A stretch of 50,085 nt of DNA, from NCBI GenBank assembly GCA_027083345.1, contig JALWOZ010000025.1, positions 1 through 50,085 of the forward strand. Reading direction: 5' to 3'. The translations under genes and the position numbers were made by a program. This document shows, piece after piece, positions 28,477 to 36,759 of the stretch. Under the pieces are notes generated by a model. It saw nothing but the letters and a program-made list of their open reading frames with translations, made no database searches and was not told the origin of the DNA. The DNA comes from Candidatus Kaiserbacteria bacterium. GTDB taxonomy: Bacteria; Patescibacteriota; Minisyncoccia; Phycocordibacterales; UBA2100. Numbering within the stretch: position 1 is the stretch's first letter; each line of letters opens with the position of its first letter.

Positions 28477-29307
28477 ATGGTGACTGAATACAATACAAAA
28501 CGGAGGGCTAAGTACGGGCAGAATTATATTAAGGACCCAAGTTTGGTGCGCAGGTTGTTAGACAAGACGACTGTGGTGGAAAGTGATGTTGTATTAGAGA
28601 TTGGGTCTGGTGAAGGGGCCTTCACCGGTGAGATACTTAGGCGCGCAGATAAGTTGGTAACCATAGAGATAGATAAGGAGAATGTAGAGCACTTGCAAGA
28701 CGCCTATACAGACGAGGTGCAAGCTAAGAAGCTAGAGATAATACACAAAGATGCATTAGAGTTTGAGTCGCGTTGGGCAAAGACGGAAATTAAGAATCAG
28801 GAGTATAAGATAGTCGCAAGTATACCGTATAGTATAAGCTCAGAGCTGTTTAAAAAGTTTTTACTTAAAAAACCGATGCCGAGCGAGGCGTGGTTTACTG
28901 TGCAGAAGGAGTTTGCCTTGCGCGCAATGGGTAAGAGCGAAAATGGACTGTTGTCTGTGTTATTAAATAGTTTTTATGATATGGAGATTGTGCATGAGTT
29001 TGCTCGTGAGGACTTCTCTCCCGTGCCTGGTGTTGACTCAGTATTCTTACAACTTACAGCGCGAGGTGATGTGTCAGAGCCTGTAGAGATGCACTTTGGT
29101 GAGTATAAAGACTTTGTGCGTGACGGCTTTACTCAGCCCATAAAGACTGTGCAAAAGCACTTTAAAAATATTATAAATCCAAACAAGTTGCAACAACTAG
29201 CAGATAAGCATAAATTTAAACTTAAAGAGCGCACAACAGAGCTCACGGCTTGCCAATGGCAAACGTTATTTATTGAATATATCGTATGGCAAAAGAGCAA
29301 GGCTTAG
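28477..29307 (+). CDS. rRNA adenine N6-dimethylase (Erm/KsgA family)
   Basis: YGQNYI, VLEIGSGEG, IEID, VASIPY, VQKEFA, FSPVPGVDS. Confidence 0.9.
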   Translation: MVTEYNTKRRAKYGQNYIKDPSLVRRLLDKTTVVESDVVLEIGSGEGAFTGEILRRADKLVTIEIDKENVEHLQDAYTDEVQAKKLEIIHKDALEFESRWAKTEIKNQEYKIVASIPYSISSELFKKFLLKKPMPSEAWFTVQKEFALRAMGKSENGLLSVLLNSFYDMEIVHEFAREDFSPVPGVDSVFLQLTARGDVSEPVEMHFGEYKDFVRDGFTQPIKTVQKHFKNIINPNKLQQLADKHKFKLKERTTELTACQWQTLFIEYIVWQKSKA

Positions 29308-29321
29308 CCTTGCTCTTTTGC
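29289..29321. terminator. Bidirectional terminator between the methylase gene and rnpB
   Basis: Perfect 15-bp stem GCAAAAGAGCAAGGC-TTA-GCCTTGCTCTTTTGC. Confidence 0.8.
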
Positions 29322-29325
29322 TGGT

Positions 29326-29624
29326 GCTTGTACTCATAAGCCGGATTCTGTTTTAATGGTCATTTACCTAGGGTAATTGTTACCAATTACCTCTTGCGAT
29401 TCTCCCCTCGACTAAGCTCGGGGCACGATCTTGCACACAGGTAAGGATTTTGCCGTTTCAGCCTAACTTAATAGGATCGTTTCTGTTCGCACCTCTATCC
29501 CTCGATTACTCTCGGGACGACGGGTATTACCCGCTACCATTTTAACCCTTTGACAAGCTCAGGGTATGTGTCCGGACTTTCCTCACCCTTCGACAAACTC
29601 AGGGCGCGACCAATCTGTACAAGC
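29326..29624 (-). ncRNA. rnpB: RNase P RNA (compact, about 300 nt)
   Basis: Minus strand has GAGGAAAGTCC, ACAGAAA, TGAAACGG and ACAGAATCCGGCTTA; P1 is GCTTGTAC/GTACAAGC; P18-like GGTAATTG-GTAA-CAATTACC. Confidence 0.93.
29404..29604. repeat. Four copies of a ~19-21 nt palindromic repeat, CCCT(T)YGA-N4-CTC(A)GGG-like, inside rnpB
   Basis: Copies at 29404-29423, 29498-29517, 29545-29565 and 29586-29604. Confidence 0.8.
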
Positions 29625-29689
29625 TATAATATAGTGCCTGTATCACATTGAATTGTCAATTCTATTAAGGTAAGATATTAATAATATTT

Positions 29690-29774
29690 GCCCAGGTGGT
29701 GAAATTGGTAGACACGTGCGCATGAGGTGCGTATGCCGAAAGGCGTGGAGGTTCAAGTCCTCTCCTGGGCACCA
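29690..29774 (+). tRNA. tRNA-Leu(GAG)
   Basis: GCCCAGG...TGCGC ATGAGGT GCGTA, long variable arm GCCGAAAGGC, GTTCAAGTC, CCTGGGCACCA. Confidence 0.96.
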
Positions 29775-29775
29775 G

Positions 29776-29817
29776 AACAAAGTACGGTAATATTATGCAT
29801 TACCGTACTTTGTTTTT
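29776..29817 (+). terminator. Terminator after tRNA-Leu
   Basis: AACAAAGTACGGTAAT-loop-ATTACCGTACTTTGTT followed by a T run. Confidence 0.75.
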
Positions 29818-29861
29818 ATGCTAAGATATAGCTAGTATTATAAGTTTTAATTATTGATAAT

Positions 29862-30260
29862 ATGGAAATGATATTTATAAATTTAAATTGGGTTGCTGTT
29901 GCAGTGGGATTTATCGTTAGCTTTGTGCTTGGTGCGCTTTGGTACTCTCCAAAGATGTTTGGCAAGGGTTGGGCAAGGGGTGTGGGGCACGACTTAGATA
30001 AGATGCAAAATGACGGTAAGGGTCCTATGAAATTTAATTTGATTATGCAGGCACTTACTATAGTTGTATATGCCACAGTTATTAACATTGCATTGCTAAT
30101 GGGCTCATATCAATTTGTATTACTTATTATCGCTATGGTTATGCTTTTTATAAAAACAAATGGACTCTGGGGTACTAAAAGTATGTATGCTATACGAGTA
30201 GAGGTAGGCTTTGTGTTTGTAATGGGGATTATAATGTTAGTATCTCAGATACTTATCTAG
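29862..30260 (+). CDS. DUF1761-like membrane protein
   Basis: NWVAVAV...LGALWYSPKMFGKGW; about 4 TM helices. Confidence 0.75.
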   Translation: MEMIFINLNWVAVAVGFIVSFVLGALWYSPKMFGKGWARGVGHDLDKMQNDGKGPMKFNLIMQALTIVVYATVINIALLMGSYQFVLLIIAMVMLFIKTNGLWGTKSMYAIRVEVGFVFVMGIIMLVSQILI

Positions 30261-30287
30261 CTATTTTTGTATTAAAATTATCTAGAT

Positions 30288-31586
30288 ATGTTTAAGAAAT
30301 ATTCAGTATATATATTTCTAGCTATCATAACGTTGATACCTACAATATTATGGCTTAGTGTCCAAACATCCATACCTGGCAATTTGGCTTCTATGGTGGC
30401 AGGGTTGGGCGAGTTGTCTGGTATAGTTGGTACTGTGTTGTTCTCTTTAGTTTTAATGCTATCTACCAGACCTATATTCTTAGAAAAGTATTTTTCAGAG
30501 TTAAATGGACTATATGATTATCATAGCAAGATAGGACAAGTAGCGTTTATGCTATTGCTCGTGCATCCGTTGATGTTGTTACCCAGATATGTGTACAATA
30601 TGCAGGATGCTGTAAAATTCTTCTCTATATCTAATAATTGGCAACAAAGTTTTGGTATTTTGGCTTTGTATCTAACTATTGTTGTTATAATCTTGACATT
30701 GTATCTTAGGCCAAAATACAATATATGGAAGTTTATACATAAATTTTTAGGGGTTGCTTTATTTTTAGGAGCGTTGCATGTATATCTTAGTCCAAGTTTT
30801 GTGTTGCACTCTAGTTGGATATTAAATGTGTATATACTAGGTTGGATGTTTGTCGGAGTAATGCTGTGGCTGTACAGGAGTATATTTGGTAAAAGTCTTA
30901 ATCATATATATAAATATACAATATCAAATATAAGAGCATTAAACGACTCTATAACAGAAGTATCTTTTACTCCAGCTAATGTGAGGGATAGGATAAAGTT
31001 TAGGCCGGGCCAATTTGTATTTTTGAAGATAGTTAATAGCTCATTGTCTAAGGAGCAACACCCTTTTTCTATAGTCTCTCTGCCTGGTGAGGATATATTA
31101 ACCTTAGCAATAAAGAGTCTTGGAGATTATACGGCTAAGTTGAATAGTTCTATACACATATGGGACACAGTATTTATTGAGGGACCTTTTGGATCTTTGA
31201 GTTGTCTTGACGGTAAGCGCAAAAGGCAGGTTTGGATAGCTGGGGGAGTAGGTATAACTCCTTTTGTAAGTATGGCCAAAGACTTAAAAAATAATAGAGG
31301 TTTGAATGTGCATATGTATTATGCTGTTCGTAATGAGTCTGAGGCTGTATATGCGGATATATTAAAAGAGATTGAGAGTAGAATTGATTCATTCACCTTG
31401 ACTATATTTTACTCTGATAAGAGAGGATTTATAACAGCCAAATATATTTATGAGCAAGTGCAAGATATAGGAGATAGGGATATATTAATAGTTGCGCCAC
31501 CTGCTATGGTACACTCTATAAAAGGTGGCTTAGAAGAGTTAGGTATACAAGACAATCATATTTATACAGAAGAATTTAATTTTTAA
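30288..31586 (+). CDS. Ferric-reductase/NOX-like flavocytochrome (heme-b TM domain plus FAD/NAD(P)H domain)
   Basis: His pairs YHSKIG...LLVH and IHKFL...ALH; FRPGQF, HPFS, EGPFG, IAGGVGITPF, terminal EEFNF. Confidence 0.88.
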   Translation: MFKKYSVYIFLAIITLIPTILWLSVQTSIPGNLASMVAGLGELSGIVGTVLFSLVLMLSTRPIFLEKYFSELNGLYDYHSKIGQVAFMLLLVHPLMLLPRYVYNMQDAVKFFSISNNWQQSFGILALYLTIVVIILTLYLRPKYNIWKFIHKFLGVALFLGALHVYLSPSFVLHSSWILNVYILGWMFVGVMLWLYRSIFGKSLNHIYKYTISNIRALNDSITEVSFTPANVRDRIKFRPGQFVFLKIVNSSLSKEQHPFSIVSLPGEDILTLAIKSLGDYTAKLNSSIHIWDTVFIEGPFGSLSCLDGKRKRQVWIAGGVGITPFVSMAKDLKNNRGLNVHMYYAVRNESEAVYADILKEIESRIDSFTLTIFYSDKRGFITAKYIYEQVQDIGDRDILIVAPPAMVHSIKGGLEELGIQDNHIYTEEFNF

Positions 31587-31595
31587 TATAAAGTT

Positions 31596-32303
31596 ATGAA
31601 AAAAGTTACTTTAATATTTATAATATTTTTTGCATCTATAGTGGGTGTTGTGTATTTATATGCATTTCTAAGTGGAGTAGTACAAACATCTCAAGGTGAT
31701 AAAACTCTTAAAGTTGTAGATAGACCTAAAGATAATAAAATACAGAACTCAAAGAAGTTGAATGTAGATAAGAATATTAAATTAGTTGGGTTGGATATAG
31801 CAAAATTTAAAAATAGTTTAATTTATACTAATAATAGCTCTACAATAAGTTTAGCTGAGGTGGCTAAACACACAACAAAAGATGATTGTTATTTGATTAT
31901 AAATAAAAAGATATATAATGTTAGCGGTTTTCTACAGTATCATCCAGCGGGTAGTCGTATTATTTTGCAATATTGTGGACAAGAAGTAACAGGTATATTT
32001 GCTAGGATACACTCTAATAGGGCGTGGGATCTATTGGCTAAGTATAAAATTGGGTCCGTAGCAAGCTCAGTACAGAGTGCAATACCTCAAGTTTTACAAT
32101 ATATAAGCAATTCGTTAATAGAGCAAAATCCTTCCGCTAGAGTAGTTAAGGTAAGTCCTAAAAAACAATTATATATAGCGAAAGTTATATTTGATAATAA
32201 ATTATATGAGGTTCATATTGATTCTAGTGGTAGGATTGTTCAACAAGAGGTAGCAGATGCAGAGAATTGGAGAGTGTGGGAGGTAGACAGGGATGACAAC
32301 TAG
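31596..32303 (+). CDS. Membrane-anchored cytochrome b5-like protein with a PepSY-like C-terminus
   Basis: EVAKH...DCYLII...YNVSGFL..HPAG...CG..VTGIF...HS...LAKYKIG; YEVHIDSSGRIV. Confidence 0.82.
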   Translation: MKKVTLIFIIFFASIVGVVYLYAFLSGVVQTSQGDKTLKVVDRPKDNKIQNSKKLNVDKNIKLVGLDIAKFKNSLIYTNNSSTISLAEVAKHTTKDDCYLIINKKIYNVSGFLQYHPAGSRIILQYCGQEVTGIFARIHSNRAWDLLAKYKIGSVASSVQSAIPQVLQYISNSLIEQNPSARVVKVSPKKQLYIAKVIFDNKLYEVHIDSSGRIVQQEVADAENWRVWEVDRDDN

Positions 32304-32317
32304 TGTAATATTTGAGT

Positions 32318-32884
32318 ATGTTATACACAGCAAAAGGAGATGATGGCACTACTACAACCTTCGGTTGTGATCAACGAGTGAGTAAGAGCTCTGCGGTGGC
32401 GGAAGCACTCGGCACATTAGATGAAGCTAACTCATATTTGGGTATGTGCAAAGTACAGTCAGTAAGAGTTGGTTTTGTATTGGGTAATCAAGCTGTGGCA
32501 GATATTGTACATGAATTGCAGGATGATATGTTTACTATACAAGCTGAGATTGCCGGAGCTGATAAGGCGATACCTGAGAGTAAGGTTAAATGGCTTGAAG
32601 AAATAATTGCACTAATAGAGTCAGAGCTGCCCTCTATACATAATTTTTTTATCTCAGGAGGCACTGAGCTGGCTGGTAGGTTTGATTTTGCTCGTACTCT
32701 TGTGCGCAGAGCCGAGAGGAGAGTTGTTGGAGTTAATGATGAGTGTTCTGAAGAGGAGATTTTAAGAAAGCCCAGTAAATATACTTTGGCGTATTTAAAT
32801 AGACTTTCTAGTATACTTTATGCTTTGGCGAGATATGCAAATCATAAGCAAGGTATTGTGGAGGATACACCAGATTATAAGTAG
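32318..32884 (+). CDS. pduO: PduO-type cob(I)alamin adenosyltransferase
   Basis: LYTAKGDDGTT, GTLDEANS, ARTLVRRAER, YLNRLS; start at ATG 32318. Confidence 0.92.
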   Translation: MLYTAKGDDGTTTTFGCDQRVSKSSAVAEALGTLDEANSYLGMCKVQSVRVGFVLGNQAVADIVHELQDDMFTIQAEIAGADKAIPESKVKWLEEIIALIESELPSIHNFFISGGTELAGRFDFARTLVRRAERRVVGVNDECSEEEILRKPSKYTLAYLNRLSSILYALARYANHKQGIVEDTPDYK

Positions 32885-32919
32885 CATTTTTAATATAAAT
32901 TTGTTAGAGTAACGGACAT

Positions 32920-32995
32920 GGCGGCCATAGCTCAGTTGGTAGAGCCCTGGTTTGTGGTACCAGTTGTCGTGGGTTCGAGTCCCACTGGTCGCCCA
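32920..32995 (+). tRNA. tRNA-His(GTG)
   Basis: G(-1)GCGGCCA TAGCTCAGTTGGTAGAGC, CTGGT TTGTGGT ACCAG, GTTCGAGTC, TGGTCGC-C73; CCA not fully encoded. Confidence 0.95.
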
Positions 32996-32998
32996 GAT

Positions 32999-33898
32999 AT
33001 GCAATATCCTATAGAGGTTAAAGATAATGTTTTTATAACATGGAAGGAGCTAGGGGAGACGCCGCTCCAGGCGCTTGAGAGATTGCGAGAGCAGGAGTGT
33101 ATTGATGCTAGTATGCCGATGACATACGCTGGTAGGCTAGATCCACTGGCTGAGGGAGAGCTGTTGATATTAGTTGGAGAGGAGTGTAAAGATAAGGAGA
33201 GGTATCTTGGATTAGATAAAGAATATGAGGTAGAGATCTTGCTTGGTGCTAGTACAGACACTGGTGATATGATGGGGGTACTTATGCAGAATTCTTTGTC
33301 CAAGTCCGCACGCCTTGGTGCAAGGTGTGCGGACAAGCCCAAACCTTGCCTACCGGCAGGCAGGTCCTGCGGATGGCCTTCAGATGATGTTCTCCTGGAT
33401 GTCTTAAGAAGTTTTGTAGGTAAGGTGATCTGGTCGTATCCGGCATTTTCTAGCAAGACAGTTGACGGCAAGCCACTTTTCTTATGGTCGCTTGAGGGTA
33501 AGATTGACGAGGTAGAGATACCTAAAAGAGAGAGTGAGATATACGAGCTGGAGTTGATAGAACCTGAAAATGAAATTTCTAAGTTTGTTAAGGGTTTGAG
33601 TGTGAGAGAATTGCGAAAGGTTGTATATAAGAAGATGAATAGCATAAAGCCGGTGCCAGCAAATATCGAGAGTAAGAGACTCGGTGCCGACTTTAGGCGA
33701 GGCGAGGTACTTAAGAGTTGGGCAAATTTTCTTATTAATGCACAGAATAATGACGTAAAAGAGTTCACAGTTATAAAGGTGCGTTGTAAGTGCTCTAGTG
33801 GTACATATATGCGTACATTAGCCAAGAAGATAGGTGGTGAGTTAGGCACAGGGGCTATGGCTCTTTCTATTGTACGTACACAAATTGTGGTAACATAA
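32999..33898 (+). CDS. truB: tRNA pseudouridine(55) synthase TruB-like
   Basis: YAGRLDPLAEG, KEYE, TDTGD, YPAFSS...GKPL, CSSGTYMRTLA; start moved from 32918 (inside tRNA-His) to ATG 32999. Confidence 0.88.
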   Translation: MQYPIEVKDNVFITWKELGETPLQALERLREQECIDASMPMTYAGRLDPLAEGELLILVGEECKDKERYLGLDKEYEVEILLGASTDTGDMMGVLMQNSLSKSARLGARCADKPKPCLPAGRSCGWPSDDVLLDVLRSFVGKVIWSYPAFSSKTVDGKPLFLWSLEGKIDEVEIPKRESEIYELELIEPENEISKFVKGLSVRELRKVVYKKMNSIKPVPANIESKRLGADFRRGEVLKSWANFLINAQNNDVKEFTVIKVRCKCSSGTYMRTLAKKIGGELGTGAMALSIVRTQIVVT

Positions 33899-33902
33899 AT
33901 AT

Positions 33903-34298
33903 ATGGCACAGATAAACAAATGCACACATAGGTGGAAGTATTGTAACAAATGTCACGATTGGGGCTGTGCTACAGCAGGGTGTCCCAATCAAATACGTGC
34001 TGAGGTTGGTGGCGGGCTCCTTAGTTTTTCTAGTTATAAGTGCACTACTTGTTTGAGTAAAAAGTGCTCATTATGCGATGGAAAATGGTTCGTTTGCAAC
34101 AAATGTGGAGATGGAGGTTGTAGTAATGAAATTTGCCCTAAATATAGGTGGGAGAAAAGTAGCTTCTTTACATCTGGAGGTTGTAAGACTTGCAAAAGTG
34201 GTAAATGTGGTTGTGGTAATTGGACGTGGTCTAAACAGAATGAAGATAGTGCAGGATGTAATAATCCCAGTTGTGGTAAGTATAATAAGATTTCTTAA
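33903..34298 (+). CDS. Cys-rich repeat protein of unknown function
   Basis: 19 Cys in 131 aa with an internal repeat; fits exactly between truB and the convergent ORF. Confidence 0.7.
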   Translation: MAQINKCTHRWKYCNKCHDWGCATAGCPNQIRAEVGGGLLSFSSYKCTTCLSKKCSLCDGKWFVCNKCGDGGCSNEICPKYRWEKSSFFTSGGCKTCKSGKCGCGNWTWSKQNEDSAGCNNPSCGKYNKIS

Positions 34299-34301
34299 TA
34301 T

Positions 34302-35963
34302 TTAATTTTCGAAATAGGCGATAAAAGAGCATTTACCACGAATGTCGGTGTATTTAAAATCATCAGCATAGACGTTTTGACATTGTCCTGAGACGAATTT
34401 AAGATTTCTTTGTGCGTAATCTTTAAATTCTGCTAAAGTATTCATGCCACAATATGTGCCAGCATTTTCAACTAAGACACGCTTATTATCCAGCTGAGTA
34501 GATTTAAAGTTTAGTGAAGAGAAAGCATTGTTCCAATGTTGTTTGCTTGGTATCTCACATTTTGTAGGTTCTCTATCTAAGATTTTGTCATCCTTTTTTA
34601 CGTAGACTTTTTTTGCGCAATATACACACGAGTTGTTATATGCTCCAACACTCTGTGGTACAACTTTGCACACCTCGTCTTCTAAGCACGAGTTATTGCA
34701 GTATTTATTTAATTCACCATTAGTACGATAAGAATAGGTTGGTACGTTATCTCTACCATCTATTGATACTCTATCACCACACGCAAGGGATGTTTTTGAT
34801 GTTGTTTTGTTACCGGTTTCTTTTTTAGATTCGTTTTCTTTTATTTTGTTACCGTTATTTTTTATGTTTCGGTCTGTAATGGCGTCTTTGTTCTCTACAT
34901 CTTCTCTATCTTTTTGATTTTTGTCTTTTTTATCATTATCTTTTTGTATAATTTTGTCTGTATTATGTTTTTTTCCTTTGCTACTAACATTATCATCAAA
35001 GCCAAATAACCAATCAATAATACGGCCTATAATACCTATTTTATTTTTTGGCGGAGGAGGTGGAGGAGGTGGAGGGATATCAACAGCGCAATTGCAGTTT
35101 GCCTTTGTGGCAACTTTTAATTTATGAACTTTATATTTAGCCTTTATGTTATATTTTCTCCAGAATATGAAATAGTTTTTTTCCCCTATTTTTACGTCGT
35201 CTACAGTTACGGGAGCCGTGAGAGCAACTCTGAATCCTTTCATAAGAGTATTCCCATTATCTGTTTTTATTAGTTTACTGCATTTACAATCCCCGTTAGT
35301 AACGATAATTATCCGCATGTTTATAGGGTCCCACGTTACTTTTGTGACAGTATTACATTCATCATGATGGTTTATGGTTGCGGTTTCTATTTTTGGAGGG
35401 GTTTTGCCAAACAAAAATTCTTTTATTGATTCTTCTGCCTTTGCCTTGCCTTTTTCTGTTATAAAATCCGCAAGACCTTTACCCCCGGCTATTGTTTTAA
35501 TAATGTCCCATGATATACCGACCCAAGGACCAAAGTGAGCATTGACACGCCCATTAAACATTCCAGATTGCATTTTGCCATTAGCGGCAAGTTCGCAGGC
35601 TTGCTTAGGTCTGGTAGATACATCTCCTATATTAGGTCGTTTCTTAATAAAAGGTTTAAATAATGCTTCTGTTTTTATATCACGTCCACGTGATATTTGT
35701 ATAAGCAAACTCTCCATTACCGGTGAAGGTACTTCTGGGCTAATGTATTCTACTGTTTTATCTGCAATTTTACCAATATCAATTTCAGATATATCTTTTA
35801 CTTCGTTAAGACCTGTCTCTTTTAAAAATTTGTCTTCCGTAACTTTTTTTATTGTGTCTTTAGTAATTTGCGTAGCGTCAATTTTTGCATATAGTATGAT
35901 AGGAGCAGATATAAACAAAAATGTTATCCCCAATATAAGCAGGTTCTTTTTGTGTGTAATCAT
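34302..35963 (-). CDS. Secreted/surface Cys-containing protein with poly-Pro and a charged linker
   Basis: N-terminal signal-like segment, run of 9 Pro, K/D/N-rich linker, Cys-rich C-terminal region; TATAAT 6 nt upstream. Confidence 0.75.
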   Translation of the reverse strand: MITHKKNLLILGITFLFISAPIILYAKIDATQITKDTIKKVTEDKFLKETGLNEVKDISEIDIGKIADKTVEYISPEVPSPVMESLLIQISRGRDIKTEALFKPFIKKRPNIGDVSTRPKQACELAANGKMQSGMFNGRVNAHFGPWVGISWDIIKTIAGGKGLADFITEKGKAKAEESIKEFLFGKTPPKIETATINHHDECNTVTKVTWDPINMRIIIVTNGDCKCSKLIKTDNGNTLMKGFRVALTAPVTVDDVKIGEKNYFIFWRKYNIKAKYKVHKLKVATKANCNCAVDIPPPPPPPPPKNKIGIIGRIIDWLFGFDDNVSSKGKKHNTDKIIQKDNDKKDKNQKDREDVENKDAITDRNIKNNGNKIKENESKKETGNKTTSKTSLACGDRVSIDGRDNVPTYSYRTNGELNKYCNNSCLEDEVCKVVPQSVGAYNNSCVYCAKKVYVKKDDKILDREPTKCEIPSKQHWNNAFSSLNFKSTQLDNKRVLVENAGTYCGMNTLAEFKDYAQRNLKFVSGQCQNVYADDFKYTDIRGKCSFIAYFEN

Positions 35964-36015
35964 GTTATCATTATATAGTATAAATCCGTGTAATACTAGA
36001 TAAATAAATTATTCT

Positions 36016-36444
36016 ATGAATAAAAACATTTCATTAATCCTTATTTTTATAGCAATTATATTTGGAGTATGGTTTATGTTTTTAAGAGGTAATCAAGTGA
36101 CTATTCAAAATAATGTGTCTGTACAAAATTTGAATACTATTACTCAATTATCTGATGAGATTGTAGGCAGGTGGCAAAGTGTAGAGGATCCAGCATATAC
36201 TGTTGAGTATAAAGCTGATGGCACTGTAAGGGATTTTAATAACGAACAGGAAATCTTACAGGAGAAATGGGTTATAGATGGTAATGTTGATAAAAAATAT
36301 GGAGAAATGGCTAAATATAAACATCTTCAAATAACCTCAGAGGGTAATTTATTTGATTACGCTATAGTCGAGTTGTCTTCTGATAAATTGTTGCTAAATT
36401 ATTTATCGCACGGTAATATGCTTGAGTATAAGCGCATTAAATAA
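36016..36444 (+). CDS. Membrane-anchored lipocalin-like hypothetical protein
   Basis: N-terminal TM helix; IVGRWQS...Y.ADGT...LEYKRIK. Confidence 0.6.
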   Translation: MNKNISLILIFIAIIFGVWFMFLRGNQVTIQNNVSVQNLNTITQLSDEIVGRWQSVEDPAYTVEYKADGTVRDFNNEQEILQEKWVIDGNVDKKYGEMAKYKHLQITSEGNLFDYAIVELSSDKLLLNYLSHGNMLEYKRIK

Positions 36445-36482
36445 GTATCTGTGATAGTTTTTGAGTATAGTGGTTATTTGCA

Positions 36483-36510
36483 TTGACTCTGCACGTTTAT
36501 TTTGTATAAT
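36483..36510 (+). promoter_or_regulatory. Sigma70-type promoter for secE-nusG-rplK
   Basis: TTGACT(36483-36488), 16 nt spacer, TATAAT(36505-36510). Confidence 0.65.
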
Positions 36511-36580
36511 ATGACCATGTTCGCCCTAAGGGGGTGTTTTTTAAAATAAGAAAGGATTATAAATCTAATTAGATATTATT

Positions 36581-36757
36581 ATGGGTTTAATTAAATATTT
36601 ACAGGAGACACAAGCTGAGTTGAAGTTTGTAAAATGGCCAAATAAAAGAGAGACTATCATATATACAACTTTAGTCATCTTAGTGTCGATATCCACAGCT
36701 GTATATCTTGGGTTGTTTGATTTCGTATTTACGAATATTCTTAATAAAATTATATAA
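36581..36757 (+). CDS. secE: Preprotein translocase SecE (58 aa, absent from the ORF track)
   Basis: Hand translation MGLIKYLQETQAELKFVKWPNKRETIIYTTLVILVSISTAVYLGLFDFVF...; directly upstream of nusG. Confidence 0.95.
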   Translation: MGLIKYLQETQAELKFVKWPNKRETIIYTTLVILVSISTAVYLGLFDFVFTNILNKII

Positions 36758-36759
36758 TT

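Noticed and set aside
29404-29604. Repeats considered as a CRISPR array
   Set aside because: The copies are degenerate, irregularly spaced and inside rnpB, and no cas genes are present in the window.
32918-32998. N-terminal 27 aa of the listed TruB ORF
   Set aside because: This is tRNA-His sequence read in frame; the real start is 32999.
32932-33927. 331-aa minus-strand ORF
   Set aside because: It is antisense to truB and tRNA-His, has no recognisable motif, and is best explained as a codon-bias shadow.
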